Assembly (NCBI RefSeq): GCF_001194135.2
Contig: NC_068993.1
Location: forward strand, 27,396,637-27,454,090
Origin: Octopus bimaculoides
Lineage: Eukaryota
Direction: 5' to 3'
DNA length: 57,454 nt
The translations under genes and the position numbers were made by a program. The notes under the pieces were generated by a model. That model made no database searches. It was not told where the DNA came from and saw nothing but the letters and a program-made list of their open reading frames with translations. Shown here piece after piece: positions 1 through 12,019 of this stretch. The first letter of the stretch is position 1, and every line of letters starts with the position of its first letter.

Positions 1-739
1 GCCCCTACCGATCCCTTTTGATCGGATTTTTTTTTTTTCTTAAAGAAAAGCTCTACAGTTGTATTTGTCCCCTCTGTGTGCAGCCCTGTGTGGCTAATAA
101 AAGAAAGTTATCTATCTACACCTATGTAAGTTCTACCAATTAGTAATGATAAGTATATATAACAGATTGACTCTTTAAAAAAGAGAGATTATGACTGATA
201 GAATAATGAAAGCAGTATTTACTAAGCAAGTGAGCACTATTATACAAAGAAATAATTAGACGTAAAATATAAAAATTATTAGAATTGGGAATCAAATGTG
301 GAAGCATTATCGAATGGCTAGCAGTGGGATTGATACTTGAAGAAAAGATAAATTGGAGGGGAGAGGATGAGGAGATTTTTTGGTCGTGGGGGAGAAAGAA
401 AGTGTGTATAAAGCAAGGTAGGGTGAGGAATTTAAGCACGGCTAGCTAGTTGTTGGTCGTCAAAGGGCTTTTATGGCCGAAAGGCAGAAATTAGCAGGGG
501 AGTGGTAAAAAAACTGTGTGAAGTAGTGGAGGTGTATGTATTTGTGAGCTTACGGATGGAGGGGGTAGGAGGGGAAAGGGAGTTGAAATAAAATATTTTA
601 GACGTAAGTAAAAATACGGAGAAAATTTGTAATTGACGATCAAGGAATTAAAAGGGGAGAAAAATATTAAAACAAAGTGGTAGTGAGGGTGGATGAGTAG
701 AATATACATATATATATGAGAGTTAGGAGAGACAAGAGC

Positions 740-1400
740 GGGGTGGGGTTGTAATTATTTGTATTTTAAGAATAAATTTAGTGCCCGATGTTTGCAGGTG
801 AATATTATACTGTTGCGTTCATTGAGACAGTCCGTGGATTGCAAAATAGCCATGACCTATGCAGAGATCACACTTGTTGCTATATCCACTGTAAGGTTTG
901 GTGTGGGTGACTATGAACCACTTGAGAGTGTAAGGGGTTGAATCAAGCAGTAGTTTACTGATAAGTTGAGATAACGATGTACTGTTAGATTTTGTTTGGG
1001 ATTTGAAGCTAGAGTAGTGATTGCTCACCTTAGGTTTGAAGGTGGTGCTACATGAGCCGATGTAAATGTAGTTACACTTGTTATTAGAATTTGCACTTAT
1101 AAACTATGTTTTTAGTGAAACAGCGGTTATCTAAAGGGCATGAAGGTGGGGTGCTTCGGATGAGCTTGTTATTTAGTGATGAATCGATGTTCGATTCGTT
1201 ATTATAGTTGGTGCTGAGGTTATCATTTGATAAGGAGTTGAAGGTGTTGTTGTTGGGTTATATGGTATGATAATTATTGTGTCCGGTGGTATCTTCTGGG
1301 ATGTTCTCTATTATGACAGGAGGTTTTCGTGGAAAATAGCTCGAATGCTGCAGATGCGAGGTTCATAGCTAAAGGGGTCGAGTGAGTTGTAGCTTCCCCA
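740..1400 (-). mobile_element. Penelope-like element relic, GIY-YIG endonuclease region (Neptune-like)
   Basis: Minus-strand translation across a frameshift gives CPLDNRCFTKNIVYKC...YIYIGSCSTTFKPKVSNHYSSF...STSLSQLISKL...PYSGYSNKCDLC, the Cys-linker plus GIY-YIG plus C-terminal CxLC pattern of PLE endonucleases. Boundaries approximate. Confidence 0.7.
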
Positions 1401-1649
1401 GCGGCTCCTGAAGCCTCTGCTTTTCTTGTGTTTCAATAGCATTTTAGCTGTTTCAATCAGTAAACCTTGTGCAACAATTCTGCAGTCTTGATTGTTTAAA
1501 ATTTATTCATTTCTTGAAGCTAGATATTGTAAATTACCTACTATAATACACATCAAACGTACCTGGTTGGTGTAAACACTACCGCAGTGACGTCACGTAG
1601 GCATCGATTATTTTACAGGAACATGGTGTCAAATATACCATAATAATTT

Positions 1650-2000
1650 GCGACCATGCTGTAGCACCGCCCTTAGTCGAAGAAATCGCCCCCAGGACTT
1701 ATTCTTTGTAAGCCTAGTACTTATTCTATCGGTACCTTTTGCCGAACCACTGAACCGCTAAGTTACGGAGAAGTAAACACACCAACATCGGTTGTCAAGC
1801 GATGGTGGGGGACAACACACATACACATATATATATATACGGGCTTCTTTCAGTTTCTGTCAACCAAATCCACTCACAAGGCTTTGATCGACCCGAGGTT
1901 ATAGTAGAAGACACTTGCCCAATGTGCAACGCAGCGAGGCTGAACCCGAAACCATGTGGTTGGGAAGCAAGTTTCTTACCACACAGCCACGCTTGCGCCT
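1650..2000 (-). mobile_element. tRNA-derived SINE (octopus-type), 3'-truncated
   Basis: Minus strand starts AGGCGCAAGCGTGGCTGTGTGGTAAG (A box) and has GGGTTCAGCC (B box-like), a central (TA)/(TG) tract and a body matching the copy at 25248-25418/26755-26985. Confidence 0.85.
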
Positions 2001-2343
2001 TGTGAATAATATTATATTGTAATATATTAAAAATGTTGTTAGTATTTTCTTTAATTTGTAAATTTTGTCTTGCTTCACATGACTATTTGTAGGATTGTGT
2101 TTGAATTGTTTGCACCAGTTTCTGATCTACTCTATTCTAATACATTTGATTACATCAGTGTATAATATTAATATTTGAGTGCTAAAGATGACAAGTATAC
2201 TGAATACATTTATTACAGAAACATAAATATATACATCTATTTAATATACTAATTCACAATATTTTAAAAGCAAATTAAACAATGAAGATTTCAATTTTAT
2301 TAACATAGTTCAATAAACTAATCATTACTTCAGTCATCATATA

Positions 2344-2525
2344 TTAAAAACCTTCAAAAGACACATCATCATCATCTTCTGACATCAGAAATTCATGAAA
2401 TACATCGTGAGATACATTTATCAGAGAATCATCATAAGGATCAAGCTCAGAATCAGATGAAGTGGCTTCAACTTCTGCTTCCCTCTCATCCTCCCACAGC
2501 TTGTCATCCTCGGTACCATCTAGTG
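2344..2525 (-). mobile_element. pogo-family (Tc1/mariner) transposase C-terminus, downstream half of split element
   Basis: SLDGTEDDKLWED...acidic tail...SEDDDDVSFEGF*. Joins in frame to KKCRISNSLD at 9343-9370 once the hAT insert and one copy of TSD ATCTAGTG are removed. Confidence 0.85.
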
Positions 2526-2873
2526 ATTGTTTTGGCTCAGGGCCACTTTGAGAGTGATTAGCGGAGGGCCGCACCTTCTATAACTGATTGTATTCATTAG
2601 TTGACATTATATTTCATGTAATGTGAGGTGTAAATTACATCATAAAATAATAGCAGTACACAGAAAAGGTTTCATTAAATTTATTTATGTGCAAATTACA
2701 CTTGCCTGCAAGTTTTTGTCAGTTACAGGGGATCTATTTTTACTCATGTTGATTTTCATGCAAGAAAAACTTTGCTCACAAATATATGTGGATCTAAAAA
2801 TAGAAACCATTTTTCCAGCAATGTTTTTCACACACGGATATTTGTCAGCCAATAGAGATTTTTTAAATTTTAT

Positions 2874-3732
2874 CTATGTCACAGAATTAAACATTTCTTT
2901 CAGTGTGTGAGCTGACTGCATGTCAATTAGTTCAAGTTTCACCTCCTCAGGTGCTGTATCAATATCAACAGCAAAAGGATAAGGTAGCAAATTTAAATCA
3001 GGCTCAATTTTCTTAAAATCCTGAAATCTTCTGGTGACCTCGTCCTCCAAACTCAGCAAATGATCCCTAATCTTGGAAGAAACACTTGTAGGCACTTTCT
3101 GTTTTCTTAATAAAGGGAAATTACAAAACTTGCCCTCACCTGCTTGCCTTGCAAATAGACCAAGTTTTGTTTTGAATGATCTCACATACCTAAACATTTC
3201 ATGTACAAACAACCCCTTTCCCTGCAATGTCACATTCAATTCATTTAATTTCTCAAACATATCAGCTGCAAACATTATCTCCTATCTCCACTCCTCACAT
3301 CCCATTTTGGTCACAAAATCACATGAAAGCCCCAAACCTGTAATTCCCAAACCTGATTTAGCATTTTGCCCAGGCTCAACAACTGAACACTGTTGTGGCA
3401 AATCACATCTCCATACTCTGTCTCCATATCCTCAAAGCAGAGATTTAAGTTGTTGACGGTAGAGTGCCCTTGCTCTGATTGTGTTCACTACGCTCACTAC
3501 AAGATTCTCTAAAAGTTTAAACATACCCAAATTTTTTTCCAGTAAATTCTCTGACCCCATTTGTTGTAATTCTTGCCATTCTATTCCATGACAAGGCACG
3601 TTTCTCCAGCTAATCCACAACACATTGAAACAAGTCCTGGTTGTATTTTTCATTGATTCCAAACCAAGCAGTTCCTCTGTGATGATGAAATTTTCATCAA
3701 CTCCGCAGACAAAGATAAGTAACTGTGCAGTG
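2874..3732 (-). pseudogene. Buster/SPIN-type transposase central part
   Basis: Resumes (DIA)QLLIFVCGVDENFIITEELLGLESMKNTT, then VVSVVNTIRARAL and FAADMFEKLNELNVTLQGKG..FKTKLGLF..FPLL..RFQDF, with frameshifts and stops. Confidence 0.85.
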
Positions 3733-6589
3733 CAGTGGCAGATCTACTATAAAACTAATGAAGCAACTTAATTTTTTCATTCTGTCAATTTTTTTTCATT
3801 TTTGTATTTTTCTGTGCAGATTGCTGTTACCAGTCTCAGTGGATGTCATCTCACTCCTACACAGAGTCTAGAAATGTAGTATCTAGCCATGAGCTGTTCC
3901 ACCTGCTGTTTCTGCCAACATGGAGTAGCATAAAAAATAAAAGTACAATAAAAAGTGCAGATAATTCGCTTTTCTTGAATTATTTTGGAAACTTCAGCCT
4001 TTGGAAGCATCATCAAATATGTCTACTACTACATTAGCATGGTAGATAAGAATTCTTATTTTCTCAGCAGGACATCACTATTTAATGACCAATGAAAGGG
4101 TTTGCCTCCTAATTCTGAACTTACCATCTGTTCAGTACAAAGCATTTTTTCTACTTTAAAAATTGCTTGAATATCACCTTGTACAAAATGAACAATTCTT
4201 AATTTATGACTATATATTAAGTTGTGGACCCTTTGAGCGGATACCAGAAACGCCAACTCAAGGAAAAGCAATCTAACAAAATTTCTAAATGTCAAAAACT
4301 ATCAAACTATTTTACAATGTCAAGTAAAAGTTTGTCATCACCTGCAACTGAAACAAGCCATGTAAGCACCAGTGAAGTCAATGATAGCATACAAACCATG
4401 AGTGTTCTGTATTGCAATAATCAACCTACTGTTGACACTTTTGGTGCAGATGATGATCACAGTGGTCAAGAACTTCAAGAAAAGAGAGAGCAGAAAAAGG
4501 AAACAAGAAGCAAATTTAGTGATTTCAAAGAATAGAGTGACCTGACAAACTGGCCCGTAACAATTGATAATAAGTTCATACAAAACTGTTTAATGCAAGG
4601 CATCNNNNNNNNNNNNNNNNNNNNNNNNNNNNNNNNNNNNNNNNNNNNNNNNNNNNNNNNNNNNNNNNNNNNNNNNNNNNNNNNNNNNNNNNNNNNNNNN
4701 NNNNNNNNNNNNNNNNNNNNNNNNNNNNNNNNNNNNNNNNNNNNNNNNNNNNNNNNNNNNNNNNNNNNNNNNNNNNNNNNNNNNNNNNNNNNNNNNNNNN
4801 NNNNNNNNNNNNNNNNNNNNNNNNNNNNNNNNNNNNNNNNNNNNNNNNNNNNNNNNNNNNNNNNNNNNNNNNNNNNNNNNNNNATGGAACATAACAGGGT
4901 GATGTTGAGCTGGCTAACGTGAGAGTCAATTAAAAAACACTGTGGATCAGCAACTTGAGGAACAGTTGAGAAAAAACATGCAATACTATTTTAAAGTACT
5001 AAAAAGAGTTGTAGCAGTTATAAAGTTTTTAAGTGAAAGAGGTTTAGCATTTAGAGGTCATAAGGAAAAGTGGGGCTCCCCAAACAATGGAAATTTCAGG
5101 GGGTGGGGCATTGGGCTTAATGCAGTGTTTGACCCATTTTTACATGAACATTTAGAGAAATGTTAAAAGGAAAAAGTAAATATAATTTATCTATCCAAAT
5201 TCATGTATGAAGAATTGATAGAAATCATGGGAAAACATGTGAAAGATGAAATGGTGAATCAGACCAACAACCTAGACATCAAATACTACTCAATTATTGT
5301 TGACTCTACACCTGACATGACACATGCTGACCAGCTGGTAATTGTGGTTCGATACTGTTATAATGGAAAGCCCTGTGAGAGATTTTTAGCATTTTTACCA
5401 ATAGAAAACCATTCATCCACGACCTTGTTCAACAAAATAACAGAATTTCTGGGGGAGCATAAGCTTTCACTTGAAAATATCCATGGTCAGTTGTACAATA
5501 ATGCTTCCAATATGAAGGGCTTGGAGAAAGGGCTGCAAGCACTTCTTAAAAACATTAACAGGTATGCAGACAATGTACCATGTGCAAGCCATTCACTCAA
5601 CCTTGTTGGAGAAAAGCAGTGTCTACTGTACCTGAAGTTGTNNNNNNNNNNNNNNNNNNNNNNNNNNNNNNNNNNNNNNNNNNNNNNNNNNNNNNNNNNN
5701 NNNNNNNNNNNNNNNNNNNNNNNNNNNNNNNNNNNNNNNNNNNNNNNNNNNNNNNNNNNNNNNNNNNNNNNNNNNNNNNNNNNNNNNNNNNNNNNNNNNN
5801 NNNNNNNNNNNNNNNNNNNNNNNNNNNNNNNNNNNNNNNNNNNNNNNNNNNNNNNNNNNNNNNNNNNNNNNNNNNNNNNNNNNNNNNNNNNNNNNNNNNN
5901 NNNNNNNNNNNNNNNNNNNNNNNNNNNNNNNNNNNNNNNNNNNNNNNNNNNNNNNNNNNNNNNNNNNNNNNNNNNNNNNNNNNNNNNNNNNNNNNNNNNN
6001 NNNNNNNNNNNNNNNNNNNNNNNNNNNNNNNNNNNNNNNNNNNNNNNNNNNNNNNNNNNNNNNNNNNNNNNNNNNNNNNNNNNNNNNNNNNNNNNNNNNN
6101 NNNNNNNNNNNNNNNNNNNNNNNNNNNNNNNNNNNNNNNNNNNNNNNNNNNNNNNNNNNNNNNNNNNNNNNNNNNNNNNNNNNNNNNNNNNNNNNNNNNN
6201 NNNNNNNNNNNNNNNNNNNNNNNNNNNNNNNNNNNNNNNNNNNNNNNNNNNNNNNNNNNNNNNNNNNNNNNNNNNNNNNNNNNNNNNNNNNNNNNNNNNN
6301 NNNNNNNNNNNNNNNNNNNNNNNNNNNNNNNNNNNNNNNNNNNNNNNNNNNNNNNNNNNNNNNNNNNNNNNNNNNNNNNNNNNNNNNNNNNNNNNNATGG
6401 AACAAGTGATAGGGCTTCTTTAAAAGGGTTGAAAAATTTAGGATAGAAGTTCTAAATCAAGTCTATGACTGCTTGATAATCCAGTTAAGCAAGAGGATGG
6501 AAGGTTCAAGTTTCTCTCAGAATTGATTAACAATTCAGAATTTATTTACATTATTTACATGGATATTTGTCCTCATCTTGTTTGTTGTT

Positions 6590-6635
6590 AACACAACATT
6601 TTGGCTGATATACCCTCCAGCCTTCATCAGGTGTC
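6590..6635 (-). ncRNA. Minimal type I hammerhead ribozyme motif, decayed (PLE family A pLTR)
   Basis: Minus strand GACAC-CTGATGA-A-GGCTG-gagggtatat-CAGCC-AAAAT-GTT-GTGTT. Stem I GACAC/GTGTT and stem II GGCTG/CAGCC are present, and canonical GAAAC is changed to AAAAT by two CpG-type transitions. Confidence 0.6.
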
Positions 6636-6691
6636 TTGGAGAAATTTCGAATCTGGGTTCTCATTCCTAAGGTATTTTTTGATATTATTCA

Positions 6692-6766
6692 GGTCACTGC
6701 CTGGAATCAAAGTCAGAATCTTGGGGTTAGTAGCCTGTGCTCTTTTAACCACTACACCATATGCCC
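6692..6766 (-). other. tRNA-like Pol III head embedded in PLE family A pLTR
   Basis: GGGCATATGGTGTAGTGGTTAA (A box), loop CT-ACT-AA, GACTTTGATTCC (degenerate B box). The same segment sits at the same pLTR position at 24890-24930. Not a functional tRNA (acceptor stem poor). Confidence 0.6.
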
Positions 6767-8511
6767 ATGGGCAATTATGGGCTTATAAATCTGATATTTT
6801 CCTATCCTTCCTTAATACTGGTTTCCATATGCTATTCATTTCTGCACTCGGTCTACTTAGGAGGTTGTTGTGTCCTAGCATATGTGCTGCTTCTTTTAGT
6901 TTTCAGATTTTCCAGTGGCGTTCTCTGTCTATAATTTTAACTTCATCCCACAGGGGGAGGTGGTCTCCATTTTTCCATACATGATCAGCTATACCCGATT
7001 TATCAATATCTCTACAGCTTTGCGATGTTCCTCTACCCTTATTTTGAGGGGGCGACATGTTTCGCCTTTGTATAACCTACCACAGCTGCATGGGATGGAG
7101 TACATGCAGTTTTTGGTCATATTCTCTTCTATTGGTGGTTTTACTTGAAGGAGATATTTGCAAAGTGTTGTATTACTCTTGAATACTGTCCTGATGTCAT
7201 ATGGGCCGCATATCTTTTGTATAGGGTAAACCGACTGTGGACAGTTTATTGGTTTCATCCTCTCTTTTCTTCATAAGTGGAATGGATAGTATGTTTTGGG
7301 GGTAGTAGTTGCTTAATAGATTGTTACTGAGCTTGATCATTTCTTCGTGGTGTGTATCATGATTACTACTTATATTCTTTGCTCGATATTTTAGGCACTA
7401 AGCAATCCCTCTCTTTACACTGTATGGATGGTGGGAATTGAAGTTCAGGTATCATCCAGTGAAGGTTGGCTTGTGGTATATGGCTGTCCTGAATCCATAC
7501 TTGGTGTATGTTAATAATACGTCCAAGAGCTGTTAGATTATGTGAACTCAATAAAGCCATCCATACAGTTCACAATGGAAAAGGAAAAAGACAATCAGCT
7601 AGCATTCCTGGATGTATTAATAACATGCACCAAATATACTTCTGTATACTGCAAGCCGACCTTCACTGGACGATACCTCAACTTCAATTCCCACCACCTC
7701 AGAACACAGAAGAAAACACACCATCTAAAATGCAATGCACAGAAGTTCTTCAGCTTATTTAAAAGCAACAATTAATTGAAGTGTTCCCTAATATTACTAC
7801 TGCACTTAATCTGTACTTGACAATGCCTATCATGAGCTGTGAAGCAGAAAGGAATTTCTCAAAGCTTTCCAAAGAATAAATTTTAGTCTACCATGACTGA
7901 AGAGCGCTTAAATTCCTTATGCATATTGTCTCTAGAAAATGACATTGCAAGGAAGTTCTCATATGATAAAACTGTAAGGGAATACGTTGCCATAAAAAAC
8001 AGAAAAAAGAGTATTTTGTAATTTGTATTTTCATATGTATCTTAAATATAAGATTAATATTAGATTATATTAACTGTGGTATTTGTTATGTTTTATGTCT
8101 TTATTCTCTGAAGTATCATGCATGCTTCCTTAATTTTCAAACCCTATAACTTTAAAAGTATAAGGCATAGCCTGGAAAATATTTGTTTACACCAGTGACT
8201 TTGAGAATCACAATCTGAAATATAATGCTTAAATTTGTAAAGAAAATTGTGGTGATCCGCCATGGAACAACTACATTGACAAAGATATTTGTGATTAACC
8301 ACCCTTTGTTTCTGGTGGAAAGAGGGCTCACTGTCAGACTCATTTTTAAGAACTCCACCATTTGGGCTATCAGCACCTCAAGGTTGGCGTTCCTGCAAGG
8401 GCATGAAAATTCTTTGACCTTTGTTGGATGTTCTCTTACTGTTGCTGGTTGTAATGGGGGACCCCATAGCATTTTAAACTTCGGGGCCCCAATGTTGTAA
8501 ATCTGCCACTG

Positions 8512-9030
8512 GTGCAATGTCTTGGTTATCAGTGCTCTCATCCAGTGCTTAAGAAAACCAGACAAAGTTTTTACTCACAATGTTCAGCTGTTCTGTTAGT
8601 TTGTCACTGTGCAACCATGGTCCTTCTTGATAATGAAATAGTTTCGAATTTGCTTCTTGTGTCAGAGCACAGGATGCTTGCACAATCTATCAAGCACTGC
8701 TTAACAAACTCACCATCAGAAAATGGCTTGTTTTTAATGAGGTTGTATGCTACCATGAAGCTTACCTCCATAGCACTATCCTGAAGTGTTGGTTACTTCA
8801 TGAATATGGTCTGTTGCTTCTTCAGCTTCATAACACACTGCAGCTTTTTTCTGCATTCTTCCTTAGACATTTCGCTACCAAACATACCATGTTTTGTCTG
8901 GTGGTGTCATTTCAAGTTATATTCCCTGAATACGGCAACTGTCTCATGACATAGTAAACACATTGCCTTATTCCCTGAATCGCTAAACAAATATTTGTAT
9001 GTCCAGTCTTCATTTAATGGACAACATTCT
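8512..9030 (-). pseudogene. Buster/SPIN-type transposase N-terminal part
   Basis: LNEDWTYKYLFSDSGNKAMCLLCHETVAVFREYNLK (BED-like zinc finger start), KPFSDGEFVKQCL, LSRRT, ALDESTDNQDIA, cut at the inner hAT insertion. Confidence 0.85.
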
Positions 9031-9342
9031 TTCTTGATTCTGTGCTTATTAGGAGGGCTCGTATTTTCTCGGATTGAAATATTACAGTTCTTACTGTTGT
9101 AAAGAGAAAACTGCTGTATATGAAAGGACTGTGCATGCATATGAATGGGTGCAAGTGCAATAGGTATCCACCTATTAAAACAAGGGACTAATTTTCTGCG
9201 AGACAAAGGAAGCAAGTCTTGGTTCAAGTTAGCCTTGGTATTAGCAGTTAACCATGATCAGTTTATGAAAATTTTAGACTTTGAAAATTTTTCCTGCAGG
9301 CCACAGAAAACTCTGTGGCAGGCCACAAATTGCCTACCCTTG

Positions 9343-9805
9343 ATCTAGTGAATTAGATATTCTGCACTTTTTAAGAGACCTGATGACCGTTTCTACTTTA
9401 ATATCATTCCATACCTTGATAACAAATTTACATAGTACATCCACATATATTTTCACCTTTTGTATAAGATTTTCTGCCACTAATCATCCACTTATTCCAT
9501 TGTTTACAAACATGGTCCTTGAATGGTTAGTTCAAACAAATATTGAGTGGATGTACAACTGAAGTTAAACCACCAGAAATAACTGCCATGTCACTGTTGT
9601 TCCTGGTCATGATCCCTCTGTTAAGTGACACTTAAACATATCTCATACCAAGCAGCTCTGCTGTTTTCTAAATTCACCAGGTTGCCTACAAAACACACTG
9701 TCAATTCATAACTTTATTCCTTGTTCATTCATCCAGCCATTTTATTAATGTGAACAAAAACTCCAGTAGGGAACTTGATTTTAGGCATAATTTTCCTCTT
9801 GAGTT
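9343..9805 (-). mobile_element. pogo-family transposase DDE domain relic, upstream half of split element
   Basis: Decayed reading KRKIMPKIKFPTGVFVH..NGWMNEQGIKL*IDSVF..PG..LV*DMFKCHLT..DMAVISGGLTSVVHPLNICLN*PFKDH..KVWNDIKVETVIRSLKKCRISNSLD, typical of POGK/TIGD-like DDE_1 domains. Confidence 0.85.
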
Positions 9806-9848
9806 TTGTATACTCCTTAATGAGTCTTCCTTTAATCTCCAAACACTT

Positions 9849-9879
<31 letters not shown>

Positions 9880-10064
9880 CGCAGGTTTCTTTCATTTTCA
9901 TTCTACCAAATCCATTTTCACCTAGTGTGTGTGTGTGTAACTACTTTGGGTATATGTCTATTAGTATGTTGATTAAAGCACATTCACCGTTTGGACTACC
10001 TAATGTCATCTACAGTAACATTATAATTTTCACTAGATCTATGTCAGGAAATCTGCAGTGGTTG

Positions 10065-10102
<38 letters not shown>

Positions 10103-10384
10103 CCATTATCATATTTATATCCATTTTGCCATACTGGCATTGAGTTAGAAATTTACTGAGGTAGATTTTCTATGGTAGAATGCTCTTTCAGTTGCTAATT
10201 TACACATGCTTTCTAAGTAAGATATTTTCAATTCACTGGTTCTCATACATATGAAGTGATGAAGCCACTGACCGCAGAGTACTTTTATTTACTGGAAAAT
10301 ATAAACAAAGACATCATTTTACCCCTAATACTGTTAATAAAGGCAGAAGGAAGAGACATTCACACACATTCTTGTGTACACCTA

Positions 10385-10520
10385 CATTGATGAACTTCTT
10401 AGTTTCCATAGGGCATTGATTAACCTGAGGCTATAGCAGAGGACACTTGCCATGCAATGGGACTGAACCCAGAATCACACGACTGTAATGTGAACTTTGT
10501 AAACACATAGCCATAGCTGC
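10385..10520 (-). mobile_element. Decayed SINE head fragment (same family as 1650-2000)
   Basis: Minus strand CTGGGTTCAGTCCCATTGCATGGCAAGTGTCCTCTGCTATAGCCTCAGG aligns by eye to the SINE head. Confidence 0.5.
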
Positions 10521-11292
10521 ATCCATTTACAAATATATGTATCTCAGCTCTTTCATAAAAAAATCTTATTGGTCTTTAAAAAATGACAGCTCATAAATTC
10601 TGAAAAGTCACATTGATATTGTGTCACTGACCCAAGTTCAGAACAAGTGTGGCCAAAAAGAAGCAAATATAACAATTTTTGTTTGTTCTTAAATGGCTAA
10701 AATGTCTCTTCCATGATGTAACCAATTCAGTTTTAACATAATCTCAAATCAGGTGACTTAGCAAACAAATACAACATTGAAATGAATTAGACTTATTTTT
10801 CAGAAGTAAATCTCCTCTTTCAGAGCTAGAAAATACTTTTTCTGATTCCCTACAGGTAGAAATTGTAACCCTCTTTAGAACACTGCTGACATATCTTTGG
10901 CAATGCTACTGCAGCTGTTATACACAAAATATTAAAGATAGTTTGTCTGGTGGATGTTTTTTTTTTTGTTTCTCAGTCAGATGTTTTTAGCAGAGCTCAC
11001 TGTTGTAAGAATTTGGATATCTAAACCTGTTTTGAGTATACCTTGAAATCATGATGCCTTACTTCCTACTTCCCATTAACAGTTTAGCTTGAGGCCAGCC
11101 TTGATCAAGCAGTTTGTGATTAAAGAAAATTTAATCACAACCATCTTGACTATTTTCCTTATACATAGATAATGTAGCTCTATATATACTAAGTCCTGTA
11201 TTATTAAGTCAGTGGAGTCCAATTAGCAATGATTTGGCAGTTACTTCTATCAAAGTAAACAATCACATAGAGACTCTCCTCATTGTTTCATG

Positions 11293-11903
11293 TCACAGTT
11301 TGTTAGAGAATACTTGTGGAAGTGGTTCTTCGGTAAGAGGCCTACTGTTACATGCAACAAATATTCAACTGCATGTATTAAGCCAGGGGAAACAGACCTA
11401 CATTCTGATACAAGCACCTATAGACATTAATGTCCAGCTGGACTACTTACAAGGATCCCTGGTATTTTATTTTACCAACTTTAGTTGGTTGAAAGGTTAA
11501 AGTAAACTATGATAGAATTTGAAACTTACTTTAGAGTAGATCTCATCTTTTCTGTTCTCTTGGACCCTACTTCTAAAACTAAATTATCTCTGTGCCCCCT
11601 TATAGATACCTAAGTGCAAAGTGATTGTAGTAAATTACAAAGACAACCATTTCCAAATATGCATTAGAAGCATAAACTATAGACTATAATGTGCACTGAC
11701 ATTACAAAAGATAAATTCTTGATTATATAAAGTATGTTAGTAGCAAAAAATGTTATGATTAGCAATTTCTTCAGTGAGAAGCTTGTGGTTGGCACAAACT
11801 CAAAATTTTTTATGTATGGATACAGTATTATTGATAAATGAATATCACCTCTCTTGACAATATCAAGGTAGTTGCCAATTTTTAACAGAAGCAAGTTACT
11901 TGG
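11293..11903 (-). CDS. Candidate last three coding exons of an unidentified host gene (11903-11849, 11608-11530, 11344-11293)
   Basis: Canonical AG/GT boundaries, introns of 240 and 185 nt and compatible phases (0/1, 1/2, 2/stop) give PSNLLLLKIGNYLDIVKRGIYKGHRDNLVLEVGSKRTEKMRSTLNRPLTEEPLPQVFSNKL*. No homology recognised and no transcript evidence. Confidence 0.35.
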
Positions 11904-12019
11904 CTAAAGTCAGATTTAACAATATAAGTAAGAGCAGTGAAGACTTCCTAACAGTTCCACTACTTTGTTATTTATTATGTTTCATATGTTGGATTCTTGC
12001 TTCAGCAGCTTCATCATTC

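Larger units (their letters stand above)
6541..7698 (-). mobile_element. Penelope-like element (family A, Penelope/Poseidon-like), 5'-truncated with inverted RT-thumb segment, inserted in the inner hAT
   Basis: Minus-strand GIY-YIG NCMYSIPCSCGRLYKGETCRPLKIRVEEHRKAV and RT thumb KPTFTG*YLNFNSHHP. Plus-strand inverted piece 7520-7695 SIQFTMEKEKDNQLAFLDVLI..KPTFTGRYLNFNSHH. TCAGAA flanks both sides (6535-6540, 7699-7704). Confidence 0.85.
4224..8020 (+). pseudogene. ZMYM1-like hAT transposase (DUF4371-like region, catalytic core, dimerisation domain), disrupted and partly in N gaps
   Basis: KFLSERGLAFRGH..NNGNF; YYSIIVDSTPD..DQLVIVVRY; GQLYNNASNM; VPCASHSLNL; C-terminal EVFPNITTALNLYLTMPIMSCEAERNFSKL..TMTEERLNSLCILSLE. 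Confidence 0.88.
3733..8511 (+). mobile_element. hAT DNA transposon, Tip100/ZMYM1-like type
   Basis: 15-bp TIRs CAGTGGCAGATCTAC (3733-3747) and GTAAATCTGCCACTG (8497-8511) with one mismatch. 8-bp TSD GTGCAGTG (3725-3732) / GTGCAATG (8512-8519), 7 of 8 identical. Confidence 0.9.
2526..9342 (-). mobile_element. hAT DNA transposon, Buster/SPIN (GTF2IRD2-like) type, containing nested insertions
   Basis: Identical 8-bp TSD ATCTAGTG at 2518-2525 and 9343-9350, with the central TA expected for Buster. 5' TIR CAAGGGTAGGCAATT (9342 downward). Transposase remnants at 8512-9030 and 2874-3732. Confidence 0.9.

Noticed and set aside
455-490. GGC-ttttat-GGCC-GAAA as part of a hammerhead for the first PLE
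   Set aside because: No CTGANGA core, and it is on the strand opposite to the PLE.
4576-6446. Long ORFs in the track that span N runs (also 36742-37130, 43539-44013, 47014-47397)
   Set aside because: Their length comes from X codons in gaps.
6692-6766. Functional tRNA gene (also the SINE heads)
   Set aside because: Acceptor and anticodon stems are broken and all sit within repeats.
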